Shown piece by piece: positions 10,441 to 19,559 of a stretch of 64,000 nt of DNA. The notes below the pieces were generated by a model. It ran no database searches and was not told the DNA's origin. It worked only from the letters and a program-made list of their open reading frames with translations. This DNA comes from a virus. How positions within the stretch are numbered: the stretch's first letter is position 1; every line of letters starts with the position of its first letter. The position numbers and the translations under genes are program-made. The stretch covers positions 29,593 through 93,592 of the IMG/VR virus record IMGVR_UViG_3300042544_002482. The stretch is one strand, 5' to 3'.

Positions 10441-11809
10441 GGTAAAATTTTTCTAATTCAGGGAATGTTTTAACAAAATTGGTTCCTCTTCTTCTATCGT
10501 GTTCGTCAACAAAGATTTTAAAATCTTTTTTGTTTGTTTTTAACCAATCGTCCTCTTCTTTTACTAGCATCCAATCGTGAATTCTATTTAACTTATTAAT
10601 TTCTATATCCGTAAAACCGTACCCATCCATTCCAACTCTTATCTGTTCATAAAAATCCATTAGTTGTGCTTGTTCTTTAACTTCTTTTACCCAATCATCA
10701 CCTAAAATCTTTACGGTTTGATATTCTGGGTGTCTCAAATATGATGAGTCTAAAATGATAGATGATCCGTAATATCTATATGGGTTATGGTATTCTTCTT
10801 TTAGTTTATAAACATTTTTAATTAAGTCCTTATATCTTGGTACCGATAGTGCGTTATATGTGGACATTATAATGATTGTCAATGTTGGTATTTCTTTTAA
10901 TAGAATATTGATTCGATCCCATACTAAATTAAAAGTCATCCCGTTTCTGATATATTCTGCTTGATTACCCCACGTATCGACACTAGTGAATACGATTACC
11001 TCGTTAACTCTATCTTCATCTATTATTCTTTTTATTTTGTTTAAAAATTCATTGAATAACTTATCAGGTGCACCTAAATTGGTGTTTATTGAAAAATTCA
11101 AATTTTTGTTTGGGTTGGGGTTATCGATAATGTAATCCAACACTTTAAACGTATCTTTTGAAAGTAGCGGTTCTCCTCCAGTAATTCTAAACGTGTGTAA
11201 ATCTCGATATAAATCCGGCCACCATTTCCAAAATGATTCAACATAAGGGTTAAATTCATTATGTGGGATTGGCATCTTATTCTCACTTTTTAACCATTCA
11301 AGATTACCGAACTCATTCGATGTTGGGTACTTCCCGTGTTGTAATATCTCCTGCATCCACTGAGATGAGTAAGATGGACCACAATAAGAACATTTGTAGT
11401 TACAATGATTACTAAATGCCACCTCAACATATTTTGGGTTATAATTGTTATTCCAATTAAGGTTTTTTATTTCATCTATAAATGGTTTAGACCATGGTTC
11501 AGACGATTTGTATGTCCTATCTGAAAAGGCGTTTGATGAATCCTCAATGTTCCAACAATATGAACATTCTTTGGGTTTACCACCTTCTAACATTTCTTTC
11601 CTCTGTTCTTTTTTAAATTGTGTATTGTGTAAAGCCGAGGGATTATTTTTTAATTCTTCTAAGGGTATGAAATGTGGTGACGGGTGGTGACACGAATGTG
11701 TTTGACCCATTTGTAGGTGTAAAGTTACTTGTGTCCATTTTGCTAAACAAAATCCACACCCCACAGAATTTAATTCTTTTCTTGTCTTCTCAAAAATTTC
11801 GTTTAACAT
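10427..11809 (-). CDS. radical SAM protein, CHHP-twitch subfamily
   Basis: CGFCLAKW...SCHHP...CSYCW; CNYKCSYC; TGGEP; D.RRGTNF..TFPE. Confidence 0.92.
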   Translation of the reverse strand: MLNEIFEKTRKELNSVGCGFCLAKWTQVTLHLQMGQTHSCHHPSPHFIPLEELKNNPSALHNTQFKKEQRKEMLEGGKPKECSYCWNIEDSSNAFSDRTYKSSEPWSKPFIDEIKNLNWNNNYNPKYVEVAFSNHCNYKCSYCGPSYSSQWMQEILQHGKYPTSNEFGNLEWLKSENKMPIPHNEFNPYVESFWKWWPDLYRDLHTFRITGGEPLLSKDTFKVLDYIIDNPNPNKNLNFSINTNLGAPDKLFNEFLNKIKRIIDEDRVNEVIVFTSVDTWGNQAEYIRNGMTFNLVWDRINILLKEIPTLTIIIMSTYNALSVPRYKDLIKNVYKLKEEYHNPYRYYGSSIILDSSYLRHPEYQTVKILGDDWVKEVKEQAQLMDFYEQIRVGMDGYGFTDIEINKLNRIHDWMLVKEEDDWLKTNKKDFKIFVDEHDRRRGTNFVKTFPELEKFYHDIQ

Positions 11810-11812
11810 TTT

Positions 11813-12394
11813 TTATATTTTATGTATGAAGTTACAGTTATTTGTTAAGTCATAACTTTTATTATGAATGAATTTTTCAAATGTGTGTTCAGATATGAGT
11901 GCCCCATCTTTTTTAATTGATAGGTATGAAATGGTACCATCAAAATAATTTAAATTGTAATCATTCTTTGGGAAATTACCAGAACCAAAGATTATGTGAG
12001 GTTTATTATCCTCAATTAAATTAGTTTTTAAAGTAATATCAAATATCAATTCATTGTTGATGGTTACTTTAATATCGTTACCATCTTTTGTTATTTCTAA
12101 TCTATATTTTTTATTTGGTTCCCATCCATAATTCTTAGTTAGGTATTTTGTTTCATCTCCCTCTTCATTGAAAATTACTAACAATCCACTTATTTCAATA
12201 TCAATACCGAAGTACGTTGGTAACTTGGCAAATAACGTCATTTTATTTGTTACCACATCTGATAATTGAAATTCAATTAAGAAATTAAAGTTTCCCCTAT
12301 AGTCAAAGATTTTATTACTTGGGTAATCAATAAAATTATCAGCAAGAAAATCTGGCCACATTACCCATATGTTTTCTTTATTTATTTTTAACAT
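11813..12394 (-). CDS. stand-alone LamG-like domain protein
   Basis: beta-rich; F.F.IEF, IIFG, YFDGTI, KSYDLTNN; positional and sequence paralog of 9799..10440. Confidence 0.6.
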   Translation of the reverse strand: MLKINKENIWVMWPDFLADNFIDYPSNKIFDYRGNFNFLIEFQLSDVVTNKMTLFAKLPTYFGIDIEISGLLVIFNEEGDETKYLTKNYGWEPNKKYRLEITKDGNDIKVTINNELIFDITLKTNLIEDNKPHIIFGSGNFPKNDYNLNYFDGTISYLSIKKDGALISEHTFEKFIHNKSYDLTNNCNFIHKI

Positions 12395-13760
12395 CGTAAT
12401 AAAAGTTTTTTAGTTCTGGAAAAGTTAGAATGAAATTTGTACCTCTTCTTTCATCATATTCATCAACAAACGATACAAAGTCTTTTCTATTTTGTTCCAC
12501 ATCAAATGTTTCATCTTCAGCAATTGAGTAATCGTAGATTCTTTTTATTTTTTGAACTTCAACATCGGAAAACCCTACGTTATCGTGATTAAATTCTGGT
12601 GTTGCATAATAGAATGCTTTTTTGGCTGATTCTAAAATAAGTTCTTTGTGTTCTCTTTCTAATATTTTTACCGATAGATGTTTTGGCCATCTTAAATACG
12701 ATGTGTCTAATTGTATTGCCGATATCCAATATCTAACATTGTTTGCATGTTTTTTCTTCATATCGAATATTTGTTCAATAACATCCCCATATGTGAAAAC
12801 TGATAAGGCGTTAAATGTTGCCATTACGTTAATTGTTACTTTAGGTAATTTTGTTAGTATCTTATCTATGTTATTCCAAAATTTTTCATAATCTAAACCA
12901 AACCTAACATATTCCGCTTGTTTATCTTTAGCCTCTACCGATGTGAAAATGATTAATTCTTTTATCTTATTATTATTACACAAATCCTCGGCAATCTCAA
13001 TAAACTTATCTATTAAATTATCGGGTACTCCTAAATTACTATTAATGGCTAAAGATAGGTTGGGGTTTTGTTCCCAATTTGTTTGTATGTACTCTAAAAC
13101 TTTAAATGTATCTTTCGCCAATAGAGGTTCACCACCTGTGATTCTAAACGTATGTAAGTCTTTATAAAGATTTGGCCACCATTCCCAAAAGGCTTCCAAA
13201 TATGGATTATGTTCGGAATGTTTATATGGCATTTCTTTTTTTAACTCCAATTCCTCTATGTTGTTGTAGTTGGTTGAAGTTTTATATCCGCCATACTTTT
13301 CAATTTCTTCCACCCATTTTGAAGAGTACTGTGGTCCACAATATGCACATTTAAAGTTACATGTGTTAGAAAAAGAAACCTCAACATATCTTGGATTAAA
13401 ATTTTCTCTCCAGTTTAATTCTTTTATTTCGTTGAAGTGTGGCATAGACCATTGTTCAGACGATTTAAAAACACGATCCGAAAAATTACTACTATTATCC
13501 TCGATATTCCAACAGTACCCACATTCTTTGGGTTTATTACCCTCCAACATTTCTTTTCTCTGTCTTTTTTTATACAGAGTATTGTGTAGTGCAGATGGGT
13601 CCCTTTTTATCTCAGATATCGGTATCTTATGTTGAGCGGGGTGGTGACATGAGTGTGTTAAACCAATACCTAAATGCATAGTTACTTGTGTCCATTTTGC
13701 TAAACAAAATCCACAACCAACCCCATCTAATAAATCCTTCGTATCTTTAAAATTATTCAT
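12378..13760 (-). CDS. radical SAM protein, CHHP-twitch subfamily
   Basis: CGFCLAKW...SCHHP...CGYCW; CNFKCAYC; TGGEP; close paralog of 10427..11809. Confidence 0.92.
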   Translation of the reverse strand: MNNFKDTKDLLDGVGCGFCLAKWTQVTMHLGIGLTHSCHHPAQHKIPISEIKRDPSALHNTLYKKRQRKEMLEGNKPKECGYCWNIEDNSSNFSDRVFKSSEQWSMPHFNEIKELNWRENFNPRYVEVSFSNTCNFKCAYCGPQYSSKWVEEIEKYGGYKTSTNYNNIEELELKKEMPYKHSEHNPYLEAFWEWWPNLYKDLHTFRITGGEPLLAKDTFKVLEYIQTNWEQNPNLSLAINSNLGVPDNLIDKFIEIAEDLCNNNKIKELIIFTSVEAKDKQAEYVRFGLDYEKFWNNIDKILTKLPKVTINVMATFNALSVFTYGDVIEQIFDMKKKHANNVRYWISAIQLDTSYLRWPKHLSVKILEREHKELILESAKKAFYYATPEFNHDNVGFSDVEVQKIKRIYDYSIAEDETFDVEQNRKDFVSFVDEYDERRGTNFILTFPELKNFYYDVKNK

Positions 13761-14954
13761 TTAAAACATTATTTCAATCCAAGGACAAATTTCTTTATAG
13801 TCTGTGTTTCTCATACTATCTAATTTTTCCAAGTATTCTTTTAGGTCGTCTTTATTTTGGTTACCTCTTATTAATGAGGAGTCTATTTTTAAATGATTAA
13901 TAAAATCATTCATAATTGTCACAATTTTACTATAGTATTCTTTTTTACTTAGATTTTCATTAATGTAATCAATGACTTTGTTTTTAAATTCAATCGGCGC
14001 AGCACCTACCGCAAACCAATAAGGTGTCGTTGCCCAGTGAATATGAATCAAATCTTTTTTTGTATAATTGTTTTCTAAAACATAATCAATAAAATCAAAG
14101 GTATGAAATATATTCATCATTGTTATGGTATATTCAATCTCAGCATTTACATTTGGATTTGTTAAGTTAAAATCTGAGATTTTTTTCATGTTATCAAAAA
14201 ACTTATCAGATATGAATCCAGTTCTTTGAAACTCACCAACCTTTCCATAACCATCACAAGAACAACCCACAATAACATTCTTAAATTTTTTTAATGATTC
14301 AAGAATGTCTATATTTTTATATTTTAAATTGGATAAGTTTGTGTTTATATAAACATTTATATTTTTTGATTGGTCTTCACTAAACCTATCAATTAATTTG
14401 AACACATCTTCATTAATGAAAGGTTCTCCACCTGCAAAGTAAAGGTGTTCGATATGGTTTAAATCTTCGTCTGAGAATTTATTAACTGGGTCGTCACCTA
14501 TTTTATATGATTTACTAAAAAGTTTACTCACACCTTCACCATATATTTCAACTAAATCATCATACCAAGAAGATGAAAGTGTTGGTCCACACATTCTACA
14601 TTTGAAATTACATAAATTAGAAAACCTAACATCTAAGTATTGTAATTTATTTACCGAATAATCCTCATTGAATAGTGTTGGGTCTTCGAATTTATCTTTC
14701 CAGTTATTATTCCACACATCTTTCAGTGTGTTACCCTTTTTAAAACAAATATCACATGGTTTAGGTGTTATACCATTATCCATGTCTTCTCTTAACTTTT
14801 TGAATTGTTTACTGTTCAATATGCCCATTACATTATCATGGTCGGACCATTTTAATTCCTCTTCAAAATTATCAGCAATACAACAGGGTCTTACCAGTCC
14901 ATCTGGGTTAACATATAATGAGGTATATGCTAATATACATTGGGTGTCTTTCAT
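13761..14954 (-). CDS. radical SAM protein with N-terminal twitch domain
   Basis: C...PDG.VRPCC...CDIC; CNFKCRMC; AGGEP; NTN; SCDG. Confidence 0.9.
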   Translation of the reverse strand: MKDTQCILAYTSLYVNPDGLVRPCCIADNFEEELKWSDHDNVMGILNSKQFKKLREDMDNGITPKPCDICFKKGNTLKDVWNNNWKDKFEDPTLFNEDYSVNKLQYLDVRFSNLCNFKCRMCGPTLSSSWYDDLVEIYGEGVSKLFSKSYKIGDDPVNKFSDEDLNHIEHLYFAGGEPFINEDVFKLIDRFSEDQSKNINVYINTNLSNLKYKNIDILESLKKFKNVIVGCSCDGYGKVGEFQRTGFISDKFFDNMKKISDFNLTNPNVNAEIEYTITMMNIFHTFDFIDYVLENNYTKKDLIHIHWATTPYWFAVGAAPIEFKNKVIDYINENLSKKEYYSKIVTIMNDFINHLKIDSSLIRGNQNKDDLKEYLEKLDSMRNTDYKEICPWIEIMF

Positions 14955-16348
14955 TTCATTTTACAATTTATAATTTTAGTGTTAGGGTATGTTGAGTTGT
15001 CAACATTATCCACGTCTAACACATTTAATATTTGTGATAAACCATCATTTTTATAATCAATCTTTCTTTGTTGCATTTCAGTCACAAATCGTTTTTCATT
15101 TCTTGCTGTCGTTTCACCTTTAGCCCATCTTCCATGTATAAACCCCTCATCTACGTGTGGTAAACAATAAAAAGAACCTTCACGTCTGAATGGGATTACG
15201 TTTTCGATAATTTCAATATCCTCATTTGTGATTTGAATGTTTTGTTTAATAATATTTTCATTATTTAAATCAAGACTTAAAACTACGTTATCAACATTTG
15301 TTGGTATGTCGTTAATGTCTTTAAAAAATCTATCATAAATCTTAAAATCGGATATCTTACCTTTATATCTTGTGTTTACTTGTGGACAAAATCCCAATAT
15401 AAATGGTTTTATTGCATCATGTGTTTTTAAATCGTTTTTTACTAGGAACGGTATATTTTGTTTTATTCCGTTAATGTGACAAATTAACTCGTCATTAATA
15501 TAAAGATATACATTTTTTTCTTCACTATTATAACTAAATGTAACTTGTGTCCACATACCCTCAAATCTCTTAGCCCAATTATAGTGGTTTCGATTGTCTC
15601 TATCGAAAACCTGAGCGGTAACGGCTCTAGAGTTGTTGAAGGATAAACCCCAGGTCCAACTACCGTCCTTTCTTAATAAAGGGTATTCAATAAAACGTTT
15701 GTTTTCGTCACCAACTAACCAAATCGGAACCTTTTCGTCCTGTTGTTCTGCGTTAAATGTTAATGTTATTGTATGATCATTATGTAAACAAGAACTGATT
15801 TCACGATTTGTTGGTATGAAAATTGCCGATGAGTCACCATCAAAATTAGCAACAATTTTGTTTTTTTCAGTTTTAACTGTTCTTCCAGTTGTCATTTCTT
15901 CAAAATAACATCTCCAGAATAAGTCGTCATCTTCTTGACCCCAATCCCAATACTCATTAGAATAACCATTTATGGTTTTCGCTTGTTCTTTAGTGAATAA
16001 TACAACACCACCGAAGTATTGGTCATAACCTAAACCGTATTGATACTTGGATAACTTAGTTGCTATGTGTATCGGATTATTTTCTGGATATGAATAGTCA
16101 CATTCTTCATGTGGTAACATATCAACATCGTGCCAAGCGATGTAATCACAACCATCATTAAACGCATATTCAGCTGCAATATTTTTCATTGCACCTCTAT
16201 TGAATAATTTATCATCAACCTGATGTCCAACATAAAATTCATGTTCAATACCTTGTTGAGTTAAGTGTTTACTTAGGTGTGGAACCAATCTTTCTAAATG
16301 TTCCTTTCTATTTCTGTATGGTATACATATACCTAATTTATGTCTCAT
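14951..16348 (-). CDS. GT7 (beta-1,4-galactosyltransferase-like) with internal LamG insertion
   Basis: IPYRNR, FNRG, HDVD, YFGGV, NGYSN.YWDWGQEDDD; ~210-aa LamG-like insert; then GT7 C-terminal H...RF...DGLS. Confidence 0.85.
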   Translation of the reverse strand: MRHKLGICIPYRNRKEHLERLVPHLSKHLTQQGIEHEFYVGHQVDDKLFNRGAMKNIAAEYAFNDGCDYIAWHDVDMLPHEECDYSYPENNPIHIATKLSKYQYGLGYDQYFGGVVLFTKEQAKTINGYSNEYWDWGQEDDDLFWRCYFEEMTTGRTVKTEKNKIVANFDGDSSAIFIPTNREISSCLHNDHTITLTFNAEQQDEKVPIWLVGDENKRFIEYPLLRKDGSWTWGLSFNNSRAVTAQVFDRDNRNHYNWAKRFEGMWTQVTFSYNSEEKNVYLYINDELICHINGIKQNIPFLVKNDLKTHDAIKPFILGFCPQVNTRYKGKISDFKIYDRFFKDINDIPTNVDNVVLSLDLNNENIIKQNIQITNEDIEIIENVIPFRREGSFYCLPHVDEGFIHGRWAKGETTARNEKRFVTEMQQRKIDYKNDGLSQILNVLDVDNVDNSTYPNTKIINCKMK

Positions 16349-17769
16349 AATCCCACATTAATTTGCGTTATTTTATTTCTTTTTTCTTTTCCGTGTATGT
16401 GATAGGTTAACGTTGATAAACCATCACCATTTAATAGGTCATCATTAATTGAAACCTCGTTGTGGAATCTTAATTGATTCCATCTAGTTGCCTGATCTTT
16501 CCATTTGTTACCTAAAAACCCATTCTCTTCGTGTGTTAAGGATTTAAATGTAGATTTTCTTCTATGTGGTATTTTTATATTGGTATACTCATCAAAATTA
16601 ACATCCACAATTTCACATTTTTTTATCACACCATCGTTAGTACCTTTTAAATCCACCAATTTATAATTTTCAATAAAATTCGCATCATAATATGTTACCA
16701 ATGACGATGAAGATTTATAACTTCCAAAATTTTTAGTTAATAACTCCGTTTCGTTATGTGATATGTCCTTTATTTCATCATCATTAAGAATGTCATCGTA
16801 ATATGCAAAACTATCTATAGTACCTCTAAAAAAATTAGGTATACCCACTCTATCTGGTTTACCTACACCTAAGTAGAACTTCTTTTCTTTGTTGTAGAAT
16901 AATAATTTTTTAAATGTTGGGGTTTCTCCTATGAAATAACCATCTTGGTATACTTTTATTTTATTATCAATTTTATCTAAAACAACTACTATATTTGTTT
17001 TATAGTTTGGTTTAATAATTGAGTTTATGTATAAAGCGTTATGTTCGGAGTCGAATGTGCAAAAGTTATATCTAGAAAATGAATTATAACATATTGCAAA
17101 GTCCCAACCAGGAATACTAAATGTGGTAAATTCATCGGATTCTTTTTCGTGATTTAAAGATAACTTATCAGGTCTAAATGATATAAAAAAAGTTGCATTA
17201 TTATTTACATCAATAATATTATTACACTCCACATACGCATCTATTCCATTAAACTTTAATGTCTTTCCTTTCCTACCATAATTCTTTAGACGTAAAGTAT
17301 CTAATTCAATTCCTTTTCGTTCACACCTTAATAATAAATCATCATCCTCATAACCCCAACCCCAATATTTGTTAGAATATCCATCAATCTTAATAAAATC
17401 CTGCACCGTAAACATAGTAACCCCACCAAAATATTGGTCGAACACTTCTCTATTTTTTTCATCTTTTTGTAAGATGAAGTCTGTTGCTAAATGTAATGGA
17501 ATATCTGAATATGAATAATCAACATCTACTGGTAACATATCCACATCATGAAACACAACATAATCACATTTTAATTTTTTCGCCTCTACGAACCCAATGT
17601 TTAGGGTCATACCTCGATTAAATTGTTTTGCGTTATCTTGATTAACCACAATTATTTCGTAGTTAATCTTACGTAGTTTCAAATAAATTTTAATACACGT
17701 TAAAAACCTATTTAAATGTTCTAGTCTATTTCGATATGGAACAATTATCCCTAATTTATGGTTATCCAT
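16345..17769 (-). CDS. GT7 (beta-1,4-galactosyltransferase-like) with internal LamG insertion
   Basis: VPYRNR, FNRG..LN.G, FHDVD, YFGGV, GYSN.YWGWGYEDDD; LamG insert (LKFNG...FRGTID); C-terminal H...RF...DGLSTLTY. Confidence 0.88.
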   Translation of the reverse strand: MDNHKLGIIVPYRNRLEHLNRFLTCIKIYLKLRKINYEIIVVNQDNAKQFNRGMTLNIGFVEAKKLKCDYVVFHDVDMLPVDVDYSYSDIPLHLATDFILQKDEKNREVFDQYFGGVTMFTVQDFIKIDGYSNKYWGWGYEDDDLLLRCERKGIELDTLRLKNYGRKGKTLKFNGIDAYVECNNIIDVNNNATFFISFRPDKLSLNHEKESDEFTTFSIPGWDFAICYNSFSRYNFCTFDSEHNALYINSIIKPNYKTNIVVVLDKIDNKIKVYQDGYFIGETPTFKKLLFYNKEKKFYLGVGKPDRVGIPNFFRGTIDSFAYYDDILNDDEIKDISHNETELLTKNFGSYKSSSSLVTYYDANFIENYKLVDLKGTNDGVIKKCEIVDVNFDEYTNIKIPHRRKSTFKSLTHEENGFLGNKWKDQATRWNQLRFHNEVSINDDLLNGDGLSTLTYHIHGKEKRNKITQINVGL

Positions 17770-17968
17770 TTATAGTTGGGTCTTTTGGTTTGGTTGTATT
17801 GTGCCATTCCGATAGATAATATTGAATTCTATCACTCCATTCCTGTTTATCAACCTCTTCAAACCAAATGGTTAAAGCATCTAACGAATTAGCAATTTTT
17901 TCTAATGCCTTTACTTTTCTTGTTTCTAAGATTTGTTGTTCTTGTTCTTTTTCTACTTTTGTACTCAT
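17762..17968 (-). CDS. small hypothetical protein within the modification operon
   Basis: 68 aa, overlaps both neighbours (translational coupling). Confidence 0.6.
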   Translation of the reverse strand: MSTKVEKEQEQQILETRKVKALEKIANSLDALTIWFEEVDKQEWSDRIQYYLSEWHNTTKPKDPTING

Positions 17969-18816
17969 ATTGATATTATTTTATTGTATAGTTTATTCCA
18001 TTGTTTGTATTGATTAAATTTTGGTTCTGTTAAATCTAAACCAAACATAAAATCTGGATTTGTTAAATCAATTTTAAATCTACATCTTCTTAGTTTATCA
18101 TACATTAACCTATATTCATCCGAATAAGCGTAAGGTTGTTTTATATTTGCAACATCTTTAATCCTATCGATTGATGTTCTATCCCATTTAAAATGGTGCA
18201 CTTGTACGCTATTATGTTTTGATATTAGTGGGTGATTCCACCCTTGCCATCTCCATGTTGTATGTCCATCTAATTTGGCGTAATGTTGCCCTGACGTTAA
18301 TTCAACGTGACCCTTTTTAATGCATATTTTATTTGGGTTGGCACCACTTAAAGGGTAACGGAAAAATCCCGCATTTGGGAATTGTTCCCATATTAGTTTG
18401 TCTTTTTTAATATCGACGAATTCACCGTCAATCCCAATTCTATCTATAAATCCACCTCTAACTAATACGTAACCATATTCATTACAACTTTTAATTATTG
18501 ATGGTAAATGGTCGTTTTCATATAAATGAAATTCATCAATATCCGCCACTACCCACCAATCGTTGGGGGATTTGTTTGTTACGAAGTTGTATAATTTTGT
18601 AACCTGTTCCCAATCAAAAATTCTATCCTTATGAACTTTAACAATTTTAACATTATCAAAATCACTAATAACCTCTTTTACCTCATTAACTAATAATGGG
18701 AATTCTTGGGTTTCATAAACAACAATATTAATTTCATCAACGTGAGATTGGTAATGATTAATAAAGTGTGGGAGTAATTCTATTCCGTGACCTATAACTG
18801 TAACTAATCTAATCAT
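17965..18816 (-). CDS. GT2/GT92-like glycosyltransferase
   Basis: LLPHFINHY, WWVVADIDEF, K..., G.H, VHHFKW pattern of GT2_4/GT92-like proteins. Confidence 0.7.
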   Translation of the reverse strand: MIRLVTVIGHGIELLPHFINHYQSHVDEINIVVYETQEFPLLVNEVKEVISDFDNVKIVKVHKDRIFDWEQVTKLYNFVTNKSPNDWWVVADIDEFHLYENDHLPSIIKSCNEYGYVLVRGGFIDRIGIDGEFVDIKKDKLIWEQFPNAGFFRYPLSGANPNKICIKKGHVELTSGQHYAKLDGHTTWRWQGWNHPLISKHNSVQVHHFKWDRTSIDRIKDVANIKQPYAYSDEYRLMYDKLRRCRFKIDLTNPDFMFGLDLTEPKFNQYKQWNKLYNKIISI

Positions 18817-19559
18817 TTTTTCCTGTTAATAATGGTAATACCGCTTGATGACGGCTTGTCCACTAATATACGGAAATTATGTAAATTAATCAAGTTCCAG
18901 GTAGGATTTTCTTGTAATTCTTTAATTAATTTGGATGGTCCATCAAATCTATGAAAGTCCTTTCGTTGGTCCTCAGATACGATTAAAGTTCTTTCATATT
19001 CAGAATCGGTATCGTGTATAATGATTATACCATTTTCAGATAATATCTGTGAATATAAATCAAAATCTTGTTTTACGCCTTCATATGAGTGGTCTCCATC
19101 AATAAACAACAAATCTATTTTTATATCCTGTAAAACAAAGAAATTATAATATGCTTCTTCAGATGTGGATTTAATAAAACGAGGATAGAAATTTTTACGG
19201 TAGAATGAGTCTTCGTTTTCTAGGTCATTAGGACCCCCTACACCGTTACAAGCATCCACGACATATGTTGACCCTATGTCACCCCAATTAAGGTCAGAAT
19301 CACCCTCAAATATCCCTTGTTTATGGAGATCTAATCTAGCCTGTGTTAATATCCTCGGTATGAAACCTCCACCCGACCCAATACAAACACAAGTCTTAAA
19401 TCTCATATGTTGTATAATAGAATACACAACAAGACCGTCTCCCATATGTAAATCTGTTGCACCATGTGTCCACCTATATGGTACAGGTTGGTCATTATTG
19501 TTAGTAATGTTTTTTCTAATATATTCTTCATTTGTTATCATTTCATCCAATTTGGCCAT
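18813..19559 (-). CDS. class I SAM-dependent methyltransferase (Methyltransf_24-like, possibly sugar O-methyltransferase)
   Basis: IGSGGG, IDLLFIDGDHSYEG, GIIIIHDT. Confidence 0.85.
   Translation of the reverse strand: MAKLDEMITNEEYIRKNITNNNDQPVPYRWTHGATDLHMGDGLVVYSIIQHMRFKTCVCIGSGGGFIPRILTQARLDLHKQGIFEGDSDLNWGDIGSTYVVDACNGVGGPNDLENEDSFYRKNFYPRFIKSTSEEAYYNFFVLQDIKIDLLFIDGDHSYEGVKQDFDLYSQILSENGIIIIHDTDSEYERTLIVSEDQRKDFHRFDGPSKLIKELQENPTWNLINLHNFRILVDKPSSSGITIINRKK

Noticed and set aside
15215-17270. Inteins in the two GT7 genes
   Set aside because: The inserts lack the N-terminal Cys/Ser block, the C-terminal His-Asn and LAGLIDADG motifs, and look like LamG domains
17762-17968. RiPP precursor peptide for the radical SAM array
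   Set aside because: Looks like a helical globular protein with no leader/core pattern; no RRE domain, dedicated peptidase or transporter nearby; cannot be fully excluded
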